Source: Promethearchaeota archaeon (GTDB lineage Archaea; Asgardarchaeota; Thorarchaeia; Thorarchaeales; Thorarchaeaceae). From it: a stretch of DNA of 64,000 bases. A program made the translations under genes and the position numbers. The notes beneath the pieces were generated by a model that saw nothing but the letters and a program-made list of their open reading frames with translations, had not been told where the DNA came from and made no database searches. This document shows, one piece after another, positions 28,855 to 38,104 of this stretch (positions are counted from its first letter, which is position 1; every line of letters begins with the position of its first letter). The stretch lies in assembly GCA_014728035.1 (NCBI GenBank), contig WJMJ01000079.1:96001-160000 (forward strand), read 5' to 3'.

Positions 28855-28981
28855 TATCTATATCTCCTGTTAAAATCTCCACGCATGATTTGTAAGCGTG
28901 CAGATTTACACCAATTTTCTATGCATTCCGGCTTTTAACAATACAGTTTTATTTGTATATTCAAAAATTTTGTAAATCATA

Positions 28982-29476
28982 ATGTTTTTCTTCACGTTTT
29001 GCGATTCATTTTCGAGAACTATGACTCAGACCTGTGATATCTGCGGTGCAAAATATTCTTCTGAACTCTGGAAACACAGTACAAAAAATATCTGTACATA
29101 TTGTGTTCAGATTCAACTTCTTGAGGAATCCTATGCTGTTTTCTCTCAAGATGCTAGAGAAGCTCTCCAACACATTACAAAGGAAATCGAACGGTTACTT
29201 GATAAACAACAGGAAGAACATACTCTTCCATTAATTAAAAAGGGACTTTCTTTCCTTAATGGTTTTCTGATTCGCGAAGCTGATTTTCGCCTTCTAGAAG
29301 AAGGAATATACTGGTACAATGATTTCCTAAAGAAGGAAGGACGTTTAGAATCAACACGATTTGTGGTGGATCGGACCCATCTTGTTGGAAGTACTAGATT
29401 CATTGTTGTGTTATATCTAAAAGATGGGCATGAGCCAGAGACCTGGAAGTTCTTTACTGGAATGCGGAAGGTCTGA
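28982..29476 (+). CDS. Hypothetical protein with N-terminal Zn finger
   Basis: CDIC-x17-CTYC; probable start ATG 29021. Confidence 0.65.
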   Translation: MFFFTFCDSFSRTMTQTCDICGAKYSSELWKHSTKNICTYCVQIQLLEESYAVFSQDAREALQHITKEIERLLDKQQEEHTLPLIKKGLSFLNGFLIREADFRLLEEGIYWYNDFLKKEGRLESTRFVVDRTHLVGSTRFIVVLYLKDGHEPETWKFFTGMRKV

Positions 29477-29594
29477 ATGAATATTGTTAGGTTTTGCAAC
29501 ACAGGTAGTTCATGTCGGATTGGAGAGAATATCGCTTAACTAGAATTACTTTTTCGATCTTAATTTTGAAATGTAACAATTATTTGTACAACCT

Positions 29595-30140
29595 TTAACT
29601 CTGGAAGAATTCCTCTAAGGTCCGAGCAAATTTCTCCGCATTACTCAGGTCCTCCTCATTAGGTCTGCCCTTATTCATTCCACCAAAGAATCTCATGAAA
29701 CTGTTAGTATTGAAGCCCTTACACTGGAATTCATCTATGATTGTGTATCCCTTCTCTTCCAGTTTCTCCCTCAGAAGAGCATGGTCGTTGTTCATTTTCT
29801 TTTTACTTGTCATCGCACCTGTAGAAAATAGAAACGTATTTCCTCCATTTACTACAGGAATTTGCTCAGCAAGGTCAATGAGCGATTCATGATGTCTAGC
29901 GCTGTAAATCCCTGATCCCCATCCTATCAGATCGTAATCCTGCAATTCCTCAGGATTCATTACTTGTGGTGTTGTGACCTCTGCATTTAGAACGCTTGCA
30001 ATCCTTTTAGCTATCTTTTCTGTGTTCTTGTGATGAAACGAGTAGACGATTATAAGACATCTCACTGAGAAATCCTCCTCTTCTGCAATCATTTCTTTCG
30101 TTTGATCATCTGAATGAGTTTTACTTGCTTTTCTCATCAT
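29595..30140 (-). CDS. Flavodoxin family protein
   Basis: YSFHHKNTEKIA, GWGSGIY, GRPNEEDL; real start probably near 30065. Confidence 0.9.
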   Translation of the reverse strand: MMRKASKTHSDDQTKEMIAEEEDFSVRCLIIVYSFHHKNTEKIAKRIASVLNAEVTTPQVMNPEELQDYDLIGWGSGIYSARHHESLIDLAEQIPVVNGGNTFLFSTGAMTSKKKMNNDHALLREKLEEKGYTIIDEFQCKGFNTNSFMRFFGGMNKGRPNEEDLSNAEKFARTLEEFFQS

Positions 30141-30166
30141 AATTCAAACGAAATCGTTGTATACAT

Positions 30167-30712
30167 CTAGATCGTTGTCAGTTCGGTTATCCATGCACGA
30201 ATTTGATCCCAATTGCGAAAGTCCATCACATCAGGAACCTCTTCTCCTTCATTCAGGGATTTTTTCACAATTCCTTTAACCATACGTCTAACGACAAAGT
30301 TGTATTTTTTGAAATCGAACATACCACCAAACAAACCCGTCGAAACTGGTATAATCTCAGGATATTGAGCTGCGATATTGTCGAGGTACATTTCTTGTGC
30401 CTCATCACATTTAGCTGGGTCTCCAGCGTCTCCACAGACAACAAATAATGCTACTTTCTTTGTTGATAGAATAGATGCATTCTCTTCAATGAATTTTAAG
30501 GGCTCCTTTGCCCATTTCCCAACCTGAATTCCACTTCCAATTGCTATAAGGTCGTAGTCTTCAAGAGGTGCAGGGAGGTTTCCTTCCTTCAAATCTGCTG
30601 CATCAATGGACACTCCAGCTTCTTGTGCGGTTTTTACCATCTCTTGAACAATCTCGGTTGTTGTTCCATAACGTGAGCGATAGCATATTCCGATTCGGTT
30701 CATCACAATCAA
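30167..30712 (-). CDS. Flavodoxin-domain protein (HemG-like)
   Basis: YRSRYGTTTEI, GSGIQVGKW, FGG, DFRNWDQIRAW. Confidence 0.9.
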   Translation of the reverse strand: MIVMNRIGICYRSRYGTTTEIVQEMVKTAQEAGVSIDAADLKEGNLPAPLEDYDLIAIGSGIQVGKWAKEPLKFIEENASILSTKKVALFVVCGDAGDPAKCDEAQEMYLDNIAAQYPEIIPVSTGLFGGMFDFKKYNFVVRRMVKGIVKKSLNEGEEVPDVMDFRNWDQIRAWITELTTI

Positions 30713-30813
30713 TATGCGACATAGGTATTCCTTTAAAAATTGATTTATTCAATGTGACACATTGTATTTACTTGTTACAATATCTAACTAGAAATTTTCA
30801 ACAATATAGAATT

Positions 30814-31931
30814 TTATCGACTCTTACAATATGCCTCAACTACTAAGCGATAAATTTCATCGAACATCGTTGGGGTTTCAGTTTCTTTGTATTTGCCATA
30901 TCTTTGTACCGCAAGAAGGTATGCAGGTTCAGGATTAGCATAATATTCCAACAGAATTTTTATAATTTCATAAAGGTCGGATAAGTTTCTTTCAATTAAC
31001 ATACAATCGGAGATCATGAAAATGACCAAGCCTAGGGGGCTTGTCGGTTGTATAATCGACTGGTCAACTTTTGACACTAAACCGTGTGTCCATGTGTGAT
31101 TTGAGTCTGCTCCATCACGAAGCCATCTTTGTACTTCTACGTCAAGTGCTTTTATCGCTCTGATAAGTGTTTGATTGATACCCTGTTGCTTAGAGAAATC
31201 TCTAACTAATTCTGTAGGAGGTGCAGCAAAGATATCATCAAGGACTCCGTGAAATATTCCCATTTGGTAATCTAGGCTAAATCTACAACATAATAGATTT
31301 TCCAACTTCTCTCTATGTTCTGGAGTCAAATGTTTCAGCATCGATTCCAAATAATTTTGCAGGTTTCCTACTGTTTCAAAAGGTAGCTCTTTGAGTGTAT
31401 CCTTGAATTTCTCAAAGAGAGGAAACTTCTCATACGAATCTGGAATACCAATCGTGAATAGTGTTTCATCTGCTTCGATGTTTATCTCTTCTAATGTGGA
31501 CAAAAGAAGTAGTGGTGTGATATCGACTGTTGATTCTGTTATCTGCATCTCTCTCAGGGCTGTGCATCCACAAGAGGACGAAAATCTGGTGTGTAGATGG
31601 TCTCGTTAAGAACTAGGCAGGTCAAGTTGGGAATCAGTGACAGGGGTGATAGATCAAGGGTTTCAAAACCACAATCAGAAATTGCTAGTGTTTCAAGGGA
31701 AGTGCAATTTGCTAATGGACTCAAATCGATTGAAGAAAGGTAGTGACGTTCAACGAAAATCAGTTCCTGCATTTGCTCAAGCTTGTACAGATTTGATAGG
31801 TCTACAGATCCTAGATACATTGTATCCTCTTTACTGGGAAATTCTCTGAGGTGACAGAATTGCACTCTTGTTTCCAGCTTGCTAAAGGCAAGAGTATCTT
31901 GTGCAGATTGCCTGGGTTTACCTTTTGTCAT
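30814..31931 (-). pseudogene. Leucine-rich repeat protein split by a single-base frameshift near 31569
   Basis: The upstream ORF has LRRs (IDLSPLANCTSLETLAI). Adding one G at CTT GTG GAT GC restores PDFRPLVGCTALREMQI, a further LRR, in frame with the downstream ORF. Confidence 0.8.
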
Positions 31932-32336
31932 GCCCTATATCCATTCAATAGGTATTAGGATGAAATTTTCGTTGTCAGTGTTTTCCTCCTTCACGGTCAT
32001 CCTGTCCTAACCTAACTTCTACCTTCTATATTCTAGTTATAAAGAATCATGCATTGCTCTCTGTCTTGGATATCGTTTAGGGTTAAATAGCATATCAGTG
32101 GAATCGATTAATTGATAGATACTACCAAGATACTTTGATGGAGACCGCACCTCTTCGTTTTGAATATGAGCTAAAAGAACTTGGAAAAGGCTTGAATAGG
32201 ATGCTTTACGAAAAGGCGATGTTCGCAATCAAGTTTGGACTTATCGATAGAAACTATCACTATTTCAGAGGTAGAAATCTCGAAGAAGCATTTGGAAATA
32301 CAAACAAATCAAGATGAATCAAAAGGATGTGTTTCA

Positions 32337-32780
32337 ATGACTGATGCACACAAAAGCCCGTGCGTTGCAAGACAGTTAATGGAGGGAATGAAAGCAACCT
32401 GTTCCCAGGCAATCCTATCCACCTTTGGTCCATACATGAACACAGAACTTGATACTGAAACTTGTATGAAGATTGCATCTGCATTCAGTGGTGGTATTAA
32501 CAATACTGGAAATGTCTGCGGAGCTATTACAGGAGCTCTAATGGCAATTGGTCTTGAATTTAGTAACGGAACCCCAATGGATCCTAAAGTGGCTGAGGTT
32601 TCTACGAAATTCCTCTGGGAATTCAAGGCTATGCATGGGTCGATTCTCTGTCGGGATTTGCTCCAGATTGATGCATCCGAAGAGATGGGACTGCAAGCCG
32701 CTTTTGAGAGTGGAGCCTTCAACAAGTGTATGCAAATTGCCCAAGATGTAGCTGAGTTAATGAAATCCTATCTTGAATGA
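32337..32780 (+). CDS. C-GCAxxG-C-C family redox protein
   Basis: CSQA, FSGG, VCGAITGA, GSILCRDL, terminal C; start set at MTDAH. Confidence 0.9.
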   Translation: MTDAHKSPCVARQLMEGMKATCSQAILSTFGPYMNTELDTETCMKIASAFSGGINNTGNVCGAITGALMAIGLEFSNGTPMDPKVAEVSTKFLWEFKAMHGSILCRDLLQIDASEEMGLQAAFESGAFNKCMQIAQDVAELMKSYLE

Positions 32781-32994
32781 AATTCCTGTTGAAAAGGAAG
32801 GGACGAACAGATTACTAATGTTATTTGTAATCTTCAATTCTTTCCTTGTCAGAATTCTTTTCTCTACTACATAGTGAATTAGTAAAAACAAACGTGACTT
32901 GATTCTCCATATTTTCTTGGATGTATATATAAGAGTTACAAGCTTAATGTGAATAAAATTGAATTACCAGAATTATCATTTGAGGAAGCAATAA

Positions 32995-33423
32995 ATGCAT
33001 AAGCTGAAAGAACTTACACTGATTGGGGGAATCGCGTTCTGGTTGACTACCTTTGTAATTTCTCTAACACCAATTGCTGCTGATTATAGAGCTGCTTTTT
33101 CTATTAATTGGGCTTCGATGATTCTTGTTGAATCTGTGATTGCTGGTATGATTATCGCTGGGATTATCAGCTATGCTTTGATTCGGTATTTTGATAAGAT
33201 TCCAACAAAAAAACCAGTTTTGAAATCACTTTTACTAAGTTTTACTGTCTTTAGTTTTGCTACTATCATGATTCAAGCTGGTTCAGGACTTCTTGTTGAT
33301 GATTCATTGTATTATGGTATCATTGGTGTTATTATCAATATCCCTCGATTTTTATTGCTTGGATTAGGGATTGGCTATCAATATACCCGGTTGAACAAAC
33401 CTGAAGGTTTAGTGACGAAATGA
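32995..33423 (+). CDS. Four-TM membrane protein
   Basis: Hydrophobic ORF with GAGG upstream. Confidence 0.75.
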   Translation: MHKLKELTLIGGIAFWLTTFVISLTPIAADYRAAFSINWASMILVESVIAGMIIAGIISYALIRYFDKIPTKKPVLKSLLLSFTVFSFATIMIQAGSGLLVDDSLYYGIIGVIINIPRFLLLGLGIGYQYTRLNKPEGLVTK

Positions 33424-33697
33424 TTTCTGGGATAAAAGAATTGGTGAGTATTTTCCTATAATGACTAAAAACCACTCCGACCTATTGCGGACGTGCAAAT
33501 ACTCGTAAAATCTTCAGAGTGACATAAGTTGATCTAGGCAATATTTGCAGATTTCTTTATTACATTCTTTCTATCTATTTGAATTGGTCTTGTATACGAA
33601 TTCAATATCTTTATCGAACTTATTAGATACATGCAGAAACCATTAAAAGACCAACAGGACAAGACTCTCTTGTTCACGTCCAAGATGTGAAAATCAA

Positions 33698-33773
33698 GCC
33701 GGTCTGGCGGAGAAGCTTACGCAACAGACTGCAAATCTGTACCACTTGGGTGCAAATCCCAAGGCCGGCTCCA
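33698..33773 (+). tRNA. tRNA-Cys(GCA), intronless, CCA encoded
   Basis: Cloverleaf: acceptor GCCGGTC/GGCCGGC, anticodon arm ACAGA-CTGCAAA-TCTGT (GCA at 33731-33733), T arm TTGGG-TGCAAAT-CCCAA, discriminator U73. Confidence 0.96.
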
Positions 33774-33902
33774 TTCTTTCTTCTCTACCTCTGAATTATA
33801 ATAATGTGGTGGATGATTATATCAAACAATAATGCGAATGATTCAACCATAGTATATTTATACATATTATGATATATTATATCATACTTGAGGATGGACT
33901 AG

Positions 33903-34496
33903 TTGACAGAAGCGGCTTTTATCTACAAAATATGTGTTATTGGAAATGGAGGAGTAGGTAAAACCAGCGCTGTGAAACGCTATTCTCAAGATGTGTTTTC
34001 TGAAGACTATCAAGTAACTGTAGGCGTTCAGCATTCTTCACAGACAATTGAGATTGATGGAGAAGATGGACCTATGAAAGTCAAGACCATCGTGTGGGAC
34101 CTAGGAGGACAAGATAAGTTCAAGTTTGTTCGTCCAATGTTCTATAGAGCAGCTCGAGGACTAGTTCTGATGTTTGACATTACTGATAAGAAGTCTTTTG
34201 AAGACCTGCCAAAATGGATCAAAGAAGCTGAATCAAATATTGGCCAATCGGTTCCTATTATCCTAGTTGCGAATAAGATAGATTTGGATAATCATGCGAT
34301 TGAAATACATGAAATTGAAAGATATGCTGATTTTATTGGAGCACAATATATTCTCGCCTCGGTTAAGACTGGTGAGAATGTAGATAATGTATTCAAGAAG
34401 ATTGGAGAAGCGTTATACAACAATCGTGAACCGAATGTTCAAAATGGCACTGAAAATGTCACATCTATGTCAACAGTTGGACGTGCATCAATCTAG
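33903..34496 (+). CDS. Rab-like small GTPase
   Basis: GNGGVGKT, TVGV, WDLGGQ, KFKFVRPMFYRAA (RabF-like), NKID; no C-terminal Cys. Confidence 0.92.
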   Translation: MTEAAFIYKICVIGNGGVGKTSAVKRYSQDVFSEDYQVTVGVQHSSQTIEIDGEDGPMKVKTIVWDLGGQDKFKFVRPMFYRAARGLVLMFDITDKKSFEDLPKWIKEAESNIGQSVPIILVANKIDLDNHAIEIHEIERYADFIGAQYILASVKTGENVDNVFKKIGEALYNNREPNVQNGTENVTSMSTVGRASI

Positions 34497-34549
34497 TCTG
34501 TCTTCAGTAGATTTTTACTTGATTATTTCTGAAGACATATTGTATTCCC

Positions 34550-36751
34550 TTGAGCTACGAGATTGAGGATATTGCAAAATCCATTCTAAAAGAGATAGGC
34601 GAACCAGTTATTGATGAAATAGTTGTAGAAAGGAATGTAAATAGAGTAACAACAGAATCTATCCGAATTGCTGCCCTTATTCAGTCATTCTCCAAGTTTA
34701 CTGGAATAAATTCTGTCAAAATACTGGAATCGTCCCGATGTCCGTTCTTATCTCTGTCTTATCCTGCTGAACAAAACGATATATCATTGGCCCAAGTCAA
34801 ATCTCTCGTCAGAGATTTAGTGCAACAGGAAGATGATTTTGGTTTTCCTATTTCGACTATGACTACCACTGGATATATTGATTTGATGCATCAAATTCAC
34901 TCGATTGGTGTATTTAATCCACTAATGAGTCATCATGTGAAAAAGAGACGACAAACGGGTGCAATCTATACTCCATTTGTCATGGCTCATTATATCACTA
35001 AGAAAGCTCTTACTCCTGTTCTGAAAGAACACAATAGACATCAGGATGTTGAAAAACTCCTATCCTTCAAGATGGTGGACCCTGCTGCTGGACCTGGAGT
35101 TTTCCTTATTGCTCTACTTTCAGAGATGGTGTCTCATATAGAATCTGTAACCAATAATGCAGAATTGGAAACGGATTATGATATGGTTGCGATAAGAAAA
35201 AGAATTGCAGAAAATATCTATGGAGTTGACTTGGATAGAGCTGCTCTAGATATTGCGGACATCTCTATCAGTCTCTTAAGTGACGAAGATTTTCTAGGGC
35301 CTCCCAAATTCCTTGGTGTGACTTTGAAACAGGGTAATTCTCTTATTTCGTTAAAAGGTATGAGTGGAAAAGAGGACCATCAGCAATTTTTTTCGAATCC
35401 TGAAATACGACTACCTTTTGAATGGAGAATTGAATTTCCAGAAGTATTTCAAACCGAGCATCCCGGTTTTGATTGTGTTGTGATGAACCCTCCATATAAT
35501 CGGCTAAAACCAAATCTTGCAGAATTTCTTCGAGAACGATTAGTAGAAGGTGATCGTGAGATTCGTATGAGCAGCTTTGACGAACATAAAGAAAGACTTT
35601 CAGAAGATGTTTCTTATTTCCGGAAATCCGGAGAGTATCAGCTAGCCAATAGTTATACTATTGACACATATCGATTATTTATCGAGCGTGCTATCCAATT
35701 AGCAAATTCAGAAGGTAGACTTGGTTTTATTGTCCCATCAACACTACTTGGTGATTTATCAGCTAGGAACCTTCGTGAATACTTGCTGAAAGAATCTGCG
35801 ATTGAAGGCGTAGAGGTATATACTGAACAGGCGTATCTGTTTGATGGTGTTACACAATCTGTATGCATCGTTACAACAAAACTTGGTCTTGAGAGTGATG
35901 ATATTGATTTCAGGTTTGGTGGAACGGGATTAGGAGCTTTCTCCCCCAACAAATCACTCACATTACAAAAATCTGAACTAGAACAGGTATCTGGGTCTTC
36001 GATAGTATTCCCACAAGTTACCCGACGTGGTCTTGATATTTTGCAAAAGCTTCATAGGCATTCTACTCTCAGCTCAATGGATTGGTTAGTCATTTATCGG
36101 GGAGAATTGGACCTAACACAGAATTCATCATTCATTCAAGATGATAGAAAACATGCGTTACTTATTCGTGGTGCAAACATAAGACGATTTAGAATTGAGA
36201 AGTCATCCATTCAGCAATCAGTTCCTCTTGAGAAATTCATAGAGCATCTGAGCAGTTCTCGAAGGCAACCACATATCATGCAAAATCGGATTGCGTGCCA
36301 ACAAATATCGAACAGGTCTCAAAGATGGAGATTGAAATTTACTAGGATTGCTCCTAATACTATATTGGCTAATTCATGCAATTATATTGCAATTTCAAAT
36401 TCTCATTCTGATATATACCTTGATTATTTGTTAGGTGTTCTTAATTCAAGTCTTCTAAATTGGAGATTTTCACTCACAAACACGAATAATCACGTTTCAA
36501 ATCGCGAATTAGCAAGTCTTCCAATTGTTGATCCGGATATTGCAAAATATGAACAGAAGCAGGTAATTCAGAATATAATCAACATTGTACAGAATCTCTC
36601 TTTGAACGATTACAATACAATTCCTCTTGATATTGAGGTTTTCAGGTTATTCGGATTTGATGCTTCTGAGGCTAGAGAAGTGTTATTCCAGCAAAAGGCG
36701 GAGGCGTTTGAGATCAGTGAAATATGTTCTGCTTTGGACTATAACTCATAG
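34550..36751 (+). CDS. N6-adenine DNA methyltransferase, Alw26I/Eco31I/Esp3I-like
   Basis: GAIYTP, DPAAGPG.F (motif I), MNPPY (motif IV); C-terminal CQQI.N...NSCNYI...NNHV pattern recalled from this family. Confidence 0.88.
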   Translation: MSYEIEDIAKSILKEIGEPVIDEIVVERNVNRVTTESIRIAALIQSFSKFTGINSVKILESSRCPFLSLSYPAEQNDISLAQVKSLVRDLVQQEDDFGFPISTMTTTGYIDLMHQIHSIGVFNPLMSHHVKKRRQTGAIYTPFVMAHYITKKALTPVLKEHNRHQDVEKLLSFKMVDPAAGPGVFLIALLSEMVSHIESVTNNAELETDYDMVAIRKRIAENIYGVDLDRAALDIADISISLLSDEDFLGPPKFLGVTLKQGNSLISLKGMSGKEDHQQFFSNPEIRLPFEWRIEFPEVFQTEHPGFDCVVMNPPYNRLKPNLAEFLRERLVEGDREIRMSSFDEHKERLSEDVSYFRKSGEYQLANSYTIDTYRLFIERAIQLANSEGRLGFIVPSTLLGDLSARNLREYLLKESAIEGVEVYTEQAYLFDGVTQSVCIVTTKLGLESDDIDFRFGGTGLGAFSPNKSLTLQKSELEQVSGSSIVFPQVTRRGLDILQKLHRHSTLSSMDWLVIYRGELDLTQNSSFIQDDRKHALLIRGANIRRFRIEKSSIQQSVPLEKFIEHLSSSRRQPHIMQNRIACQQISNRSQRWRLKFTRIAPNTILANSCNYIAISNSHSDIYLDYLLGVLNSSLLNWRFSLTNTNNHVSNRELASLPIVDPDIAKYEQKQVIQNIINIVQNLSLNDYNTIPLDIEVFRLFGFDASEAREVLFQQKAEAFEISEICSALDYNS

Positions 36752-36804
36752 ACTAATTACATGAACATAACCTTTTCATAGAGTAAAATCTACTATTGCT
36801 TTGA

Positions 36805-38034
36805 ATGGGTATGGTCCTGGTTCAAGCGGAACAGGTGCGTCCACATGTTTCAGTGGATTCACTATTCAATCATGTATCAGCAACTCTTAGTCAGTTGGAT
36901 ATGGAAATGGTATATTCTGTTCCCCCCGGAGGGAACTGGCAAGACATTCCCCTTGAAGTGGCGAAGAAATCAAAACGATTAATGCAAATCAGAGAATCTG
37001 GTGGTCGAACCACATACTATGGCCGTATGCATCCTAACCATCCAAGTTATACAATAAGCACATATTTTAATCGTCCGGGAAATGGTACTTTTATCCATCC
37101 ATTTCAAGATAGACTCATCTCCCTTCGTGAAGGCGCTCGTCTTCAGTCCTTCTCCGATTCTTATAGGTTCCTTGGCTCTCAATCTTCAATGTATAAACAG
37201 ATTGGAAATGCAGTCCCTCCATTACTAGCAAGATCTATCGGAAATAGTATTCCTAGGGGATTAGTTGTAGACGTATTTGCGGGAGCAGGGGGTCTCTCAG
37301 AAGGATTAGTTCAATCTGGTCATCAAGTGATTGTTGCTGGAGACAATAATCGAAATATGTGTATGACATATGCATATAATCATCCAGAAACAAAGACATC
37401 TCTATCAGACCTAACAAACCCCGAAGAATTTCAATCTTTTTGCAAGCTAGTTGAAGATGAATTGCATGGCCGAACACTGCAACTAATCGTGGGTGGACCG
37501 CCTTGTCAAGGATTTTCTACTGCAGGAAAGTGGGATAGTACTGATTCTAGAAACTCATTAGTTGTTCCTATGCTCAGAATGATTCAAAGATTTCTACCTG
37601 AATATGTTTTGATTGAAAATGTTTTGGGTTTGAAATGGATGAAAAATGGAGATATTCTTGAAAGAATTATAGCAATTCTTGAAAATATAGGGTATAACAC
37701 TAGCTGGTTTAAAATCAAAGCTGAATCTTATGGTGTACCTCAACGAAGAAGAAGGATATTTGTTATTGGCTCAAGGTCAGATCAATATGATTTTCCAGAA
37801 CCACAATTTGCTTCAATAAAAACGTCAAGAAATAGATCCATAGTCACATATTCTAGTAGTTGTCTTCCAGTTCCCATCTCGGTCGGTTCGGCAATCTTTG
37901 ATTTACCTGAAATAGAACCTGGTACTAGCTCACATATACAATCATATGACATGAAAAACATTGATTCGATGTATCAGAAGTATATGCGGGGAAAGACATC
38001 TTATGAAACTTTTCTCAAATCTCATAATTCGTGA
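36805..38034 (+). CDS. Circularly permuted C5-cytosine DNA methyltransferase
   Basis: Motif order TRD, IX (REGARLQSF), X (QIGNAVPP), I (FAGAGG), IV (GPPCQGFS), VI (ENV), VIII (PQRRRR). Confidence 0.92.
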   Translation: MGMVLVQAEQVRPHVSVDSLFNHVSATLSQLDMEMVYSVPPGGNWQDIPLEVAKKSKRLMQIRESGGRTTYYGRMHPNHPSYTISTYFNRPGNGTFIHPFQDRLISLREGARLQSFSDSYRFLGSQSSMYKQIGNAVPPLLARSIGNSIPRGLVVDVFAGAGGLSEGLVQSGHQVIVAGDNNRNMCMTYAYNHPETKTSLSDLTNPEEFQSFCKLVEDELHGRTLQLIVGGPPCQGFSTAGKWDSTDSRNSLVVPMLRMIQRFLPEYVLIENVLGLKWMKNGDILERIIAILENIGYNTSWFKIKAESYGVPQRRRRIFVIGSRSDQYDFPEPQFASIKTSRNRSIVTYSSSCLPVPISVGSAIFDLPEIEPGTSSHIQSYDMKNIDSMYQKYMRGKTSYETFLKSHNS

Positions 38035-38104
38035 TTTGCGGATAGTTTTTCCATAGAAGTCTTTTACCTTATCACCTTTGAATTTACACGATGGAGTAAT
38101 AATC

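Noticed and set aside
32037-32317. 60-aa ORF 32135-32317 and its antisense ORF
   Set aside because: Preceded by in-frame stops, no family recognised; at best a gene remnant.
33535-33550. TAGGCAATATTTGCAG resembles the nadA-spacer palindrome
   Set aside because: The right arm is imperfect and no NAD-related gene is adjacent; likely chance in AT-rich DNA.
33698-38034. Integrated element at tRNA-Cys carrying the methyltransferases
   Set aside because: No integrase and no duplicated tRNA 3' end (att site) were seen in the window.
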